Of a stretch of DNA of 64,000 nucleotides, positions 10,601 through 20,909 are shown in pieces. The translations under genes and the position numbers were made by a program. This DNA is from Obrimoposthia wandeli. Its lineage: Eukaryota. The notes under the pieces are model-generated. The model was not told the DNA's origin and searched no databases. It was given only the letters and a program-made list of their open reading frames with translations. How positions within the stretch are numbered: the first letter of the stretch is position 1; each line of letters opens with the position of its first letter. The stretch spans positions 1-64,000 of the forward strand of contig CDROCS010002469.1 of assembly GCA_977020255.1 (NCBI GenBank). Reading direction: 5' to 3'.

Positions 10601-10706
10601 TATCCCCGGGGCAAGCCCTCTCACTTCGTTCGATTTCACTGTGTGAAGCGGGGTATCGTTGTGACTAATATTCGCCCCAAGAGGCTGGGAATTAACCCTC
10701 TGATGA
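10601..10706. repeat. GC-rich palindromic relic, possibly IS200/IS605-end or REP-like
   Basis: TATCCCCGGGGCAAGCCC...GCGGGGTAT followed by CGCCCCAAGAGGCTGGGAATTAACCC in an AT-rich spacer; family assignment is from recollection only. Confidence 0.35.
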
Positions 10707-10804
10707 TTTAGACTCCGCCTAATTCATCTCTATTAAACTGGCTAGAAACGTGTTTAACGCTAAGTGCTTAATCACATTTCTAACCAGGCTACGGCATATC
10801 TTTA

Positions 10805-10836
10805 TCTAACTTTCTAACTTTCTAACTTTCTAACTT
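10805..10836. repeat. Tandem octamer (TCTAACTT)x4
   Basis: Four exact copies just past the paaJ stop. Confidence 0.85.
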
Positions 10837-10845
10837 TCTTTAAAA

Positions 10846-12048
10846 TCAAACAGCTTCAATCACCAAAGCAATACCTTGGCCCACACCAATACACATAGTG
10901 CAAAGTGCGTAACGCCCGCCACTGCGCTTTAATTGGTAAGCTGCTGTTGTTACTAACCTTGCGCCACTCATACCTAAAGGATGACCCAGGGAGATAGCGC
11001 CACCATTTGGGTTCACTCTAGCATCATCATCCGCTAAACCTAGCTCGCGCATCACGGCTAAACCTTGTGCTGCAAAAGCTTCATTGAGTTCAATGACATC
11101 CATTTGCGCCAACGTAAGTCCTGTTTGTTCAAGTACTTTAATACTAGCAGGTGCTGGTCCTATGCCCATGATATTAGGCTCAACACCGATTGTCGCCATC
11201 CCTAATACTTTGGCAATAGGGGTTAATTTATTGGCTTTAACTGCATCAGCATTTGCCAATAACAGCGCACAAGCACCATCGTTCACACCCGATGCATTAC
11301 CCGCTGTCACTGATCCACCCTCTCTGAACGGGGTACGCAATTTGGTTAGTGATGCAAGCTGTGTCTCCGCTCTTGGATGCTCGTCTTCTTTAACCCAATG
11401 ACTGCCTTTGCGTGATGTTATTTCTACGCCTATCAATTCATCATCAAAATGGCCTTCACTCATTGCACTTGCCGTTTTTTGTTGGCTTCGCAGGGCAAAT
11501 AGATCCTGATCGGCGCGGCTGACATTAAACCGCTCAGCAACATTTTCAGCGGTTTCTGGCATCGAATCTGTGCCGTACTGTGCTTGTAAGCTTTTATTGA
11601 TAAAACGCCAACCGATAGTCGTATCCATCATTTGTGGTGAACGGCTAAACGCACTGCTTGGCTTTTCCATCACAAACGGTGCACGAGACATTGATTCAAC
11701 CCCACCTGCGATCGCCATTTGCATTTGGCCGCTCATGATAGCGCGTGCAGCACTGCCAATTGCATCCATGCCAGATCCACATAAACGGTTTAAAGTAACC
11801 CCTGGCACTGTGATAGGCAAACCCGCTAGCAACCCACTCATTCTCGCAACATTGCGGTTATCTTCACCCGCTTGGTTAGCACAGCCATAAAAAATTTCTT
11901 CGACTTGCTGCCAATCAACGTGAGGATTTCGTTCGATCAACGCTTTAATCGGCAACGCACCTAAATCATCGGCACGTACGGTAGATAGCGCACCAGCATA
12001 ACGACCGATAGGTGTGCGAACGGCATCACAAATGAATACATCTTGCAT
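10846..12048 (-). CDS. paaJ: 3-oxoadipyl-CoA/3-oxo-5,6-dehydrosuberyl-CoA thiolase
   Basis: AGEDNRNVARM, RLCGSGMDA, GTDSMPETAENVA, GHPLGMSG, CIGVGQG; paa context. Confidence 0.9.
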   Translation of the reverse strand: MQDVFICDAVRTPIGRYAGALSTVRADDLGALPIKALIERNPHVDWQQVEEIFYGCANQAGEDNRNVARMSGLLAGLPITVPGVTLNRLCGSGMDAIGSAARAIMSGQMQMAIAGGVESMSRAPFVMEKPSSAFSRSPQMMDTTIGWRFINKSLQAQYGTDSMPETAENVAERFNVSRADQDLFALRSQQKTASAMSEGHFDDELIGVEITSRKGSHWVKEDEHPRAETQLASLTKLRTPFREGGSVTAGNASGVNDGACALLLANADAVKANKLTPIAKVLGMATIGVEPNIMGIGPAPASIKVLEQTGLTLAQMDVIELNEAFAAQGLAVMRELGLADDDARVNPNGGAISLGHPLGMSGARLVTTAAYQLKRSGGRYALCTMCIGVGQGIALVIEAV

Positions 12049-12109
12049 TCTTAATATCCTTGGTTTTGTAAGTTGAGATGATTCAACCTAGCATCATTTT
12101 TTTAAAAAA

Positions 12110-12508
12110 TTAAGTGTTTATAACCAACTGTTTGCCCCGTATCAAGGCAATTAATTGCTGATCTTGGTTGTGCACTTGTATATCACACACAATATTACGC
12201 TTGCGCCAGTGCATTACTTGCGTCGTTGCTTGCAATTGATCCCCAAGCTTAGCACTATTAATGTAATCAATTTGCGCGGATTGAGTAACAGCTGTAGCGC
12301 CTAATGCGATACAAGCAAAGGCGAGTGCCGTATCTGCTAAACTAAAAATAACGCCACCGTGACATAGGCCGTAGCCGTTTGTCATTTTGTTAGTCACCGT
12401 TAAACTTAGCACGACACTAGATTGAGAAGCACTTTGTAAACAAATACCTAACTGTTTTGACGCATTATCTTGATCTAGTATATGCTGAATCTCTTGCTGT
12501 TTAGGCAT
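12110..12508 (-). CDS. paaI: Hydroxyphenylacetyl-CoA thioesterase
   Basis: Hotdog motif MTNGYGLCHGGVIFSLADTALAFAC; abuts paaG. Confidence 0.85.
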   Translation of the reverse strand: MPKQQEIQHILDQDNASKQLGICLQSASQSSVVLSLTVTNKMTNGYGLCHGGVIFSLADTALAFACIALGATAVTQSAQIDYINSAKLGDQLQATTQVMHWRKRNIVCDIQVHNQDQQLIALIRGKQLVINT

Positions 12509-13309
12509 TTAACAGCCTTTAAAAGTAGCCGGTCTTTTTTGCATGAAAGCCGCTACCCCTTCTTGATAATCTTGGCTACGGCCTAGCTTTTGCATTAACA
12601 ACCGTTCTTCTTCTAATTGCTGGTCCATCACTTTATCAAAGCTTTTATTAATCAGCGCTTTAGTTGCCGCTACCGCCAATGGTGGTTTATTCGCTAATTG
12701 CTCTGCTAGAGCTTGAGCCTCAATCATTAATGCGTCAGTTTCACTTACTTGCCAAATCAATCCCCACTCTAGCGCTTTTTGAGCACTTAATTTGTTACCT
12801 AACATTGCCAGTGCTTTAGTGCGCGCCAAGCCTAAGCTGCGAATCATATGCCAGCTTGCCCCTGAATCGGGGATCAAACCGATAGCGCAAAACGCAAGAA
12901 TAAAAGATGCTTTTTCACTCGCTATTACAAAATCACATGCCAGAGCAATAGAAGCACCCGCCCCTGCGGCGACACCATTTAGTGCACATATAACAGGCTT
13001 ATCTAAATTAGTAATCTTACGGATCAATGGGTTGTAGTATTTCTCTACTGAAGCGCCTAAATTAACTAAAGCGGCAATTTCTTCTTGTTCACTTTTTACT
13101 GCTCTGTCACTTAAATCTTGCCCGGCACAAAACCCACGACCTGCACCAGTTAAAATAACGCAACGTACATTGGCATCATCAGCTATTTGATCTATCACTT
13201 GTGCAAGCTCTGTATGCATCTCAACATTAAAGCTATTTAGCTTATCAGGGCGATTTAGAGTGATACAAGCAATTGATTTTTTTATTTCCATCTGTATCGT
13301 GTTATACAT
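12509..13309 (-). CDS. paaG: Ring-1,2-epoxyphenylacetyl-CoA isomerase
   Basis: Crotonase fold; GFCAGQDL, NLGASVEKYYNPLIR, GLIPDSGASW. Confidence 0.88.
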   Translation of the reverse strand: MYNTIQMEIKKSIACITLNRPDKLNSFNVEMHTELAQVIDQIADDANVRCVILTGAGRGFCAGQDLSDRAVKSEQEEIAALVNLGASVEKYYNPLIRKITNLDKPVICALNGVAAGAGASIALACDFVIASEKASFILAFCAIGLIPDSGASWHMIRSLGLARTKALAMLGNKLSAQKALEWGLIWQVSETDALMIEAQALAEQLANKPPLAVAATKALINKSFDKVMDQQLEEERLLMQKLGRSQDYQEGVAAFMQKRPATFKGC

Positions 13310-13449
13310 ATTTTACCTTTTAATTAAGTCGAAATTGTTTTGTACTAAACATTAAACACCCAGTTTTAGTACTGACAGTAATTACTTTTTAAAGCTGCTA
13401 ATTGCCGATTTTTATTTTACTAAATTCACCTTTTCTAACGAGAATCTCT

Positions 13450-14037
13450 ATGCCTATTTACGCTTTAGATCAACATATTCCAGTCATTGCTAACGGTAGT
13501 TTTGTTCATCCTAGCGCCGAAATTATCGGTGATGTTATCATCGAAGAAGGCTGCTACATCGGCCCTTGTGCAGTTATACGAGGCGATTTTGGACGTATTA
13601 TTATTCAACAAAACAGTAATGTACAAGACACTTGTGTCATCCACAGTTTCCCAGGTGGTGACTGCATTCTTAAACCCGGCTCTCACGTTGGCCACGGCGC
13701 GGTTCTACATGGTTGCGTGTTAGAACCTGATTGCCTTATTGGTATGAATGCCGTGGTCATGGATAACAGTGTTATTGGTACTGAGTCTATTGTCGCCGCC
13801 AGCAGTTTCGTTAAAGCCAATAGCCAGTTTGCAGCACGATCAATGATCATGGGCACTCCGGCAAAAACCGTTCGCCAAGTTTCTGATAATGAATTAACTT
13901 GGAAACAAGCGGGTACCGCTGAATACGTTAAACTCGCGCAGCGCTGCAAAAGCACACTTCGAGAAGTTGAACCACTTAACGAAATAGAACAAGACAGGCC
14001 TCGGTTTACTAATTCTGCGGTACGCCCTAAAAGCTAA
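13450..14037 (+). CDS. paaY: PaaY gamma-carbonic-anhydrase-like hexapeptide-repeat protein
   Basis: FVHPSAEIIGDV, RGDFG, NVQDTCVIHSFP, HVGHGAVLHGC. Confidence 0.88.
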   Translation: MPIYALDQHIPVIANGSFVHPSAEIIGDVIIEEGCYIGPCAVIRGDFGRIIIQQNSNVQDTCVIHSFPGGDCILKPGSHVGHGAVLHGCVLEPDCLIGMNAVVMDNSVIGTESIVAASSFVKANSQFAARSMIMGTPAKTVRQVSDNELTWKQAGTAEYVKLAQRCKSTLREVEPLNEIEQDRPRFTNSAVRPKS

Positions 14038-14094
14038 TAACTGCAACGTAAAGAGCGCCTTTAATCTTGGCACTCTTTTCGATCTCCCAATAAT

Positions 14095-16146
14095 TTAGAC
14101 TTGCTGATCTTCTCGTTCAACCAGCGTTAAAATATCATAAAGGGCTACTAACTCTTTGTTTTGGTTATGCACTTCAACATCCCAAATCACGATGCCGGTA
14201 TGGCGATCTTCATCAGGGCGTTTTACTTTCTTGATTTTTCGCTTAGCAGTTAAGGTCACTTGGATGGTATCGCCAATGCCGACAGGCTCAATAAAACGTA
14301 AATTATCTATGCCATAGTTGGCAATTACCGGCCCCTCACCTGGATCAACAAATAGCCCTGCAGCCGCAGAAATCACAAAGTATCCATGTGCTACACGTTT
14401 ACCAAAGAACGAATCTTTAGCCGCTACTTCATCAAAGTGTGCATAGAAATGATCTCCAGAAAGACAACCAAAGTTAACAATGTCCGCTTCAGTGACTGTT
14501 CTTCTATGCGTGGTTAGTGAGTCGCCCACATACAGTTGATCGAAGTTCTTTCTAAAAGGATGGATCAGATCTACTTTACGATCTGCGCCGCGCATATATT
14601 CTTTAGTTAACGCAGTTAATGCATTGGGAGAACCTTGAATAGCAGTGCGCTGCATATAATGCTTAATCGCTCGCACACCGCCTAATTCTTCACCCCCACC
14701 AGCGCGTCCGGGCCCACCATGTACTAAACTTGGCATTGGAGAGCCGTGACCGGTTGATTCTTTAAAACATTCACGATTTAGCAATAACATACGCCCGTGA
14801 TGTGACGCAGCACCATGAATCAAATCAAAGCCAATGTCATTATCAAAACTAAACACAGATGCTACTAAGCTACCCTCTCCTAGCTGCATTAATTTAACCG
14901 CTTGAGCGTTATCGGTATACGGCATTAAAGTACATACCGGCCCAAAAGCTTCAATACTATGCACCGATTCAACTTCTAAAGGATTGCGACAGATAAGTAC
15001 TGTGGGTGGGAAAAATGCACCTGCTTCAATTTCTTGCATATCCACAGAGAACTCACTCCAATGCCCTAGTACTTGTTCACAATCACGCTTTAAAATAGCG
15101 ACGTTTTCAGCCACATCTGCACACTGGCTCTCCCCCACTAAAGAGCCCATTCGCACTCCTTCACGGTTTGGATCCCCAATCACTGTTTTTACTAATCTAT
15201 TCTTTAATGCACTAGCTACTTTATCCAGCATGAGTTCAGGCACTATTGCACGGCGAATTGCAGTACATTTTTGACCGGCCTTAGTGGTCATCTCTCTTTG
15301 AATTTCTTTGACAAAAAGTTCAAACTCAGGCATATCTTCAGTAACATCCATCCCCAATACACAAGCGTTTAAAGAGTCGGCTTCCATGGTAAATGGAACG
15401 CTGTTTCGGACGATATTAGGGTGGTTTTTTAGCATCTGCCCAGTCGTTGCCGAACCTGTAAACGTAATAACATCTTGCGAGGTTAAATGATCAAGTAAAT
15501 CACCTGTGCTACCTGCAATAAGCTGTACCGCGCCTTTAGGCAAAATTTCACTATCGACAATAGCTTTAACAACTGCTTGTGTTAAGTAACAGCCAACGGT
15601 AGCAGGTTTTACAATTACTGGTACGCCCGCAATTAAACTGGGCGCTATCTTTTCAAGCATGCCCCAAACAGGAAAGTTAAACGCATTGATATGTACTGAC
15701 GCCCCTTTTTTAGAGGTCAAAATATGATGCCCAGCAAAGCTGCCTTTTGCAGACAAAGGCTGTAAGTCACCTTCTACAATAAAACATTCGTTGGTCAATT
15801 CGCGTCTAGCAATACCAGAGTAACTAAATAAAGTACTAATACCACCTTCAATATCTACCCAACTATCTGATCTAACAGCACCAGTATGGGTCGACAATTG
15901 ATAGAATTCTTCTTTTTTGGCCATCAAATATACGGCTAGTTCTTTAAGCAAATTAGCTCTATCGTGAATACTCAACGCGTGTAATTTAGGCGCTACTTCT
16001 TCTCTGGCAAACGTAAGCATTTGCGAAAAGCCAGTTTGCATTGAATGCACCTGTGCTAGAACTTGTCCTGTAACAGCACTTTTTAATTCCGTCGCTTTAG
16101 CTTCACCGGTAACCCATTGCCCACAGGCATAACTTTGTACTATCAC
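14095..16146 (-). CDS. paaZ: Bifunctional oxepin-CoA hydrolase / aldehyde dehydrogenase
   Basis: HINAFNFPVWG, EADSLN, GQKCTAIRR (ALDH); GHGSPMP; C-terminal MaoC domain SGDHFYAH. Confidence 0.92.
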   Translation of the reverse strand: MIVQSYACGQWVTGEAKATELKSAVTGQVLAQVHSMQTGFSQMLTFAREEVAPKLHALSIHDRANLLKELAVYLMAKKEEFYQLSTHTGAVRSDSWVDIEGGISTLFSYSGIARRELTNECFIVEGDLQPLSAKGSFAGHHILTSKKGASVHINAFNFPVWGMLEKIAPSLIAGVPVIVKPATVGCYLTQAVVKAIVDSEILPKGAVQLIAGSTGDLLDHLTSQDVITFTGSATTGQMLKNHPNIVRNSVPFTMEADSLNACVLGMDVTEDMPEFELFVKEIQREMTTKAGQKCTAIRRAIVPELMLDKVASALKNRLVKTVIGDPNREGVRMGSLVGESQCADVAENVAILKRDCEQVLGHWSEFSVDMQEIEAGAFFPPTVLICRNPLEVESVHSIEAFGPVCTLMPYTDNAQAVKLMQLGEGSLVASVFSFDNDIGFDLIHGAASHHGRMLLLNRECFKESTGHGSPMPSLVHGGPGRAGGGEELGGVRAIKHYMQRTAIQGSPNALTALTKEYMRGADRKVDLIHPFRKNFDQLYVGDSLTTHRRTVTEADIVNFGCLSGDHFYAHFDEVAAKDSFFGKRVAHGYFVISAAAGLFVDPGEGPVIANYGIDNLRFIEPVGIGDTIQVTLTAKRKIKKVKRPDEDRHTGIVIWDVEVHNQNKELVALYDILTLVEREDQQV

Positions 16147-16366
16147 TTATATAACCTCTTTAGATGCGCGTTCACAAATTACGTTTGCTAGATTGTATGG
16201 AAAATCACCTGAATCTATTTTAACAAGTCCTTATAACTTCCAGATTTTATGATTGTTATTTACTAATCGGTGTTTTTTTGTTTACCTTTACTAGTTGTTA
16301 TCACCTGCATCTAACCAAGATCAGACGCTATTTAATGGTTAAATTGCTAAAGCAAAGTGATACAAA

Positions 16367-16399
16367 AAAATTGACCTTCGTCAATTTTAAGTATAACTT
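16367..16399 (+). promoter_or_regulatory. paaK promoter with palindrome over the -35
   Basis: AAAATTGAC-CTTC-GTCAATTTT perfect inverted repeat; TTGACC-N17-TAACTT. Confidence 0.55.
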
Positions 16400-16457
16400 T
16401 ACCTCATTGTAAACAAAAATAATCAGTTAAATCATAAAAAATCTTCAGGGACTGTTA

Positions 16458-17744
16458 ATGACACAATCAAAAATTGGCTTTGATGCCATCGAAAATGCAT
16501 CTATTGATGAGTTACGTGCACTGCAATTATCAAGGCTAAAAAGCACCTTACATCACGCCTACACCAACTCTAATGCCTATAAAAAGAAATTTGATGAGCA
16601 CGGCGTACACCCTGATGATTTACATAGCCTTGAAGATTTAGCTAAATTCCCCTTCACCGTTAAAAGTGACCTGCGTGATAACTATCCATTTGGATTTTTT
16701 GCTAGATCAATGGAAGATATTGTTCGAGTGCACGCTTCGTCTGGTACCACCGGCAAGCCAACCGTAGTGGGCTATACACAAAACGATATTGATACATGGG
16801 CCAATGTAGTAGCACGCTCTATTTATGCTGCGGGGGGGCGAAAAAAGGATAAAGTACATATCTCTTATGGTTACGGCTTATTCACTGGCGGCTTAGGTGC
16901 TCACTATGGCGCTGAGCGTTTGGGTTGTACTGTTATTCCTATGTCAGGTGGGCAAACGGCTAAACAGGTGCAGCTAATTCGTGATTTTGACCCCGATATT
17001 ATTATGGTCACACCTTCTTACATGCTTAATATTGCTGATGAAATAGAGAGGCAAGGTATAAACCCTGCCGATTTATCGCTGCGCTGCGGTATTTTTGGAG
17101 CAGAACCTTGGACTCGTGCAATGCGCGATGAACTCGAGCAAAGAATGCACTTTGATGCCGTCGATATTTACGGTTTATCCGAAGTGATGGGCCCAGGTGT
17201 GGCTCAAGAGTGCATAGAAAGTAAAGATGGCCCAGTAATTTGGGAAGATCATTTCTATCCTGAAATCATTAATCCTATAACAGGAGAATTAGTAGCAGAT
17301 GGGGAAGAAGGAGAACTTGTTTTTACCAGCTTAACTAAAGAAGCCATGCCTATTATTCGCTATAGAAGCCGTGATCTCACCCGCTTACTCGCTCCTACTT
17401 CTCGATCAATGCGTCGCATGGATAAAATTACTGGACGCTCAGATGACATGCTAATTATTCGTGGAGTAAATGTGTTTCCAACTCAGTTTGAAGAGCAATT
17501 ACTGTCTATTGAAGAGTTAAGCCCGCACTATCATATTACGGTTGATAAAAAAGGTAATATGGATAGCTTGCAACTACAAGTTGAGGCGAGCGATCAAAGC
17601 TTTACCGATGACTCAAAATTGGCGCAAACTTTACAGCACAAAATAAAAACGTTTATTGGTGTTTCTTGCCAAGTCAAAGTACTTGCACCTAATGCACTAG
17701 CAAGATCAGAGGGGAAAGCAATGCGCGTAACAGATAACAGATGA
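16458..17744 (+). CDS. paaK: Phenylacetate-CoA ligase
   Basis: HASSGTTGKPTVVGYT, YGYGLFTGGLGAHYGAE, GAEPWT, YGLSEVMGPGVA. Confidence 0.94.
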   Translation: MTQSKIGFDAIENASIDELRALQLSRLKSTLHHAYTNSNAYKKKFDEHGVHPDDLHSLEDLAKFPFTVKSDLRDNYPFGFFARSMEDIVRVHASSGTTGKPTVVGYTQNDIDTWANVVARSIYAAGGRKKDKVHISYGYGLFTGGLGAHYGAERLGCTVIPMSGGQTAKQVQLIRDFDPDIIMVTPSYMLNIADEIERQGINPADLSLRCGIFGAEPWTRAMRDELEQRMHFDAVDIYGLSEVMGPGVAQECIESKDGPVIWEDHFYPEIINPITGELVADGEEGELVFTSLTKEAMPIIRYRSRDLTRLLAPTSRSMRRMDKITGRSDDMLIIRGVNVFPTQFEEQLLSIEELSPHYHITVDKKGNMDSLQLQVEASDQSFTDDSKLAQTLQHKIKTFIGVSCQVKVLAPNALARSEGKAMRVTDNR

Positions 17745-17761
17745 AACATCAGCTTTGAACT

Positions 17762-17800
17762 GTGCACTACTACATAGAAATCCCTATATTAGTAGTGCAT
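17762..17800. terminator. Hairpin between convergent paaK and paaX
   Basis: TGCACTACT...AGTAGTGCA arms. Confidence 0.55.
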
Positions 17801-17862
17801 ATGAACGCTGTTCAACAGCGAACATCTCAGCCTCATTTAACATTTTATTCTTACAGTACTTA

Positions 17863-18795
17863 TTACCCTTTGTCGATGCCGCCAAAACGTAAATAAAAAC
17901 TTGCATCGGCACTTGGTAATGGACCATGTTCTGTTTCTTGTGTGGCACTTAAATAAAATTCTGCTTGTTTATACACTAAAACATAAATATTTTGGCACAG
18001 CTCACGTGCAGCATTACCCGCCCAATCACTTGGCAATAGTGCTTCAGGTAGATGCGGATCCTTCAATAATATTTTTCGATATTGGTGAATCATTAAAGAG
18101 CGCAATAAAAAGCATAGTTGCGGATCTAAACTCGCCGAGCGATCAAGCTCTTGCTCCAGTTCCGCTAATATTGGGGTAAAGGTATCAATGAACGCTTGGT
18201 AATCATCAGCTAGTTGCTTTAATTCCCACCAACCACTGACTAATTCTTTTAAAACCTGTAAGGCCGTTTCACCTTGCAGCTGGGACTTCATATGGATAGC
18301 TTTTTTCTCAATATTTAGCTCAACCAAAGTATTATGCATTTCAGTGGTATCACAATTTGGATGGGCTAATAGGCCTGATGAAACGCTGGCAAAACCCTGC
18401 CAGCGCAATTGTTTTTTTAATTCTGCTCTAGTGTCTTGATCTAAAGCTGACGTCAACAATAAATCCCACTCGCCTCGCCACTGGGGGTGTAATTCACCAT
18501 ACACACGCTTGAAAGCCAATTGAAAACGACGTAATCCATTATCGGTTATTTGATAATAGCTTCGACGCCCTACCTGATTCGCTGATAGCCAACCATCTTT
18601 AGCCAAGCGAAAAATAGAAGTGCGCACTAATCGCTGATTTAGCCCCAACGGCTCTAGCAATTTGATGATACTTCCCAGCCAAACACTACCCCCTCTAGGA
18701 ACAATCGCATCTCCATAGATACTCATTATTAAAGAGCCACCTCGAATCGGTCGCTGCAGCTTAAAGTTGCTTATTAACTCTTCTATACACTTCAA
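17863..18795 (-). CDS. paaX: Phenylacetyl-CoA-responsive repressor
   Basis: SLIMSIYGDAIVPRGGSVWLGSII, VRTSIFRL, LLKDPHLPEALLPSDWAG. Confidence 0.92.
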   Translation of the reverse strand: MKCIEELISNFKLQRPIRGGSLIMSIYGDAIVPRGGSVWLGSIIKLLEPLGLNQRLVRTSIFRLAKDGWLSANQVGRRSYYQITDNGLRRFQLAFKRVYGELHPQWRGEWDLLLTSALDQDTRAELKKQLRWQGFASVSSGLLAHPNCDTTEMHNTLVELNIEKKAIHMKSQLQGETALQVLKELVSGWWELKQLADDYQAFIDTFTPILAELEQELDRSASLDPQLCFLLRSLMIHQYRKILLKDPHLPEALLPSDWAGNAARELCQNIYVLVYKQAEFYLSATQETEHGPLPSADASFYLRFGGIDKG

Positions 18796-19369
18796 ATCTT
18801 AACCTTATGCTTATTGTAAATGTAGACTTGCATCGCGTTAGCTACGCATTAGTATTTAATTAGAAATTGTAGCAAAACCTACTTTGATTATTATTCTTTG
18901 ATACATGCGCTCAATCACCGAAGAGCCCTAAGCCCCTTCAAATGTTCTGTTATACTCTTTAGTGAAGGATTATACATCGTTTGCACATTAGGTATGACAC
19001 TTTACTTTTTACCCTGTTTTTTTTACCGCTACTTATACATTTCCGCTATCCATTACTGTCTTTATACTGCTATCTTGATCATTGCATAAACATTTGTGTT
19101 AAGTAAGCTTGCTCTTTAACGAACAACCAAATATTTCATAAAAACTAATAGCTAAAATAGTTAGTGTTAATTACTAACTAAAATAAGCATATAGAACGTT
19201 GATAATAGAGAGCTCCTCAACGCAATAATTGAACATAAAATGTTGCTAAAAAATTTATGATACAGTATGTTGTTTTTATGTGAATTTATCGTGTCGTAAA
19301 GATTCTAAGTGCTATTTTAATTTCTACGCATATTTGTACATACTCATGAGTATATATAAATAAAGAATA

Positions 19370-19388
19370 TTTCCAAATTGGAAACAAT
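19370..19388 (+). promoter_or_regulatory. Palindromic operator copy 1 (TTTCCAAATTGGAAACAAT)
   Basis: Dyad with a T-N11-A core; 18/19 identical to 22867-22885. Confidence 0.65.
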
Positions 19389-19620
19389 TATGTGCAAGTA
19401 TTCTATGTAATAGTGATAAAAAAATAAGGTATCTTGGTTTTGATATACTGCCTTATTTCGCTTTCTTATTTTTCACTAAAAATGGCATTGTGTTAACAAA
19501 TAAAAGGCAATATTCATTTTCTAAAAACAACAATAATTTAATAGATTCAACCTGTGTGATACCGATTCACCTAATTAAGTCTGTTAAATAGTATAGTAAC
19601 GTCCCCTAGGAGCAATAATA

Positions 19621-20643
19621 ATGATAAAAAGAAACTTTCTAAAATTAGCAGGTGCTGTTGCACTCAGTGTCAGCTTTTCGCAAATAGCACTAGCTGAAAC
19701 AACACTTAAAGTAGGATCTTGGTTACCCCCTACTCATGCACAAAATGCAACCGTTTGGCCTACATGGGCAGGCTGGGTAGAAGAAGCAACCCAAGGTCGG
19801 GTAAAAATAAAAATGGAATACGGTTTAGGTCACCCTAAAACGATGTTCGATTTAGTTGAAGATGGTGCAATAGACGCAAGTTTTGGCTATCACGGCTACG
19901 TTCCTGGCCGTTTTAAGCTAACTCAAGCAATCGAAATTCCATTATTGGGTGTAAATGCAGAAGCTGCATCTGTAGCTCACTGGAGAGTATTCAACAAATA
20001 CTTCGCTAAAGCGAACGAGCACGAAGGTCTTGAGCTACTAACATTATTCACCCATGGACCTGGTCAAATTCATTTAGCAAAACCAATTACCAGCCTTAGC
20101 GATCTTAAATCGAGAAAGATTCGCTTAGGTGGCGGTATTCAAGGTGAGCTTGGTAAGCGTATGGGCGTAACGGCGGTTGGAGCACCGGCCACTAAAGTTT
20201 ACGAGATGATGCAACAAGGCGTTATTGATGGCATCTTTATCCCAATGGGCGAGCAAAAAACACTGCGCTTAAAAGAAGTCGCTAAAAATGTTGTGGCACT
20301 ACCTGGTGGCATGTACTTAGGTAGCTTCTCTATGTTTATTTCGCCTGATTTCATGGCAAAAATAAGCAAAGAAGATCAAGCGGCAATTCGTGCTGTTTCT
20401 GGAGAGAAACTCGCAGCAATGGCAGGCGCTGCATGGGATGCTGCTGATGAAGCTGGTTTAAAAGCAGCTCAAGAAGCAGGTGTGAACATTACGATGGTCG
20501 CTGAAGATGGCAAAATGGCACAAGAATTTCGTGAGCTTACCAAAGGCATGGACGAAACTTGGTATGAACTAGTGGCTAAACGTGGCGTTGACGCTAAAGC
20601 AGCACTAGCTGAGATTCGCGACATAGCGCGTAATTACAAGTAA
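19621..20643 (+). CDS. TRAP solute-binding protein (DctP family)
   Basis: Signal peptide; RKIRLGGG, VYEMMQQGVIDG. Confidence 0.9.
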   Translation: MIKRNFLKLAGAVALSVSFSQIALAETTLKVGSWLPPTHAQNATVWPTWAGWVEEATQGRVKIKMEYGLGHPKTMFDLVEDGAIDASFGYHGYVPGRFKLTQAIEIPLLGVNAEAASVAHWRVFNKYFAKANEHEGLELLTLFTHGPGQIHLAKPITSLSDLKSRKIRLGGGIQGELGKRMGVTAVGAPATKVYEMMQQGVIDGIFIPMGEQKTLRLKEVAKNVVALPGGMYLGSFSMFISPDFMAKISKEDQAAIRAVSGEKLAAMAGAAWDAADEAGLKAAQEAGVNITMVAEDGKMAQEFRELTKGMDETWYELVAKRGVDAKAALAEIRDIARNYK

Positions 20644-20669
20644 GTATTACAAAGATCTGATGACTAAAA

Positions 20670-20705
20670 TATAAATTGAGAGGATTTTATTGCTCTCAAT
20701 TTATA
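20670..20705 (+). terminator. Hairpin after dctP
   Basis: TATAAATTGAGAG...CTCTCAATTTATA, 13-bp perfect arms. Confidence 0.65.
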
Positions 20706-20909
20706 CTTAGCTATTTTTTGCTGGCTAAGACACAATTATAAGCATTACCTAATGCCCTCACTTTTAAACTAAGTGCGCGCATTTTTAACATGAAAATACA
20801 TGTGAATATTGATCATTAATTTGGTTTCTTTTCAACCATAGTTTCTTTTCAAGCATAGTATCTTTTAAACCTTTTATTTATTCGAAGTATGCAACAGAGG
20901 AAATAATCT

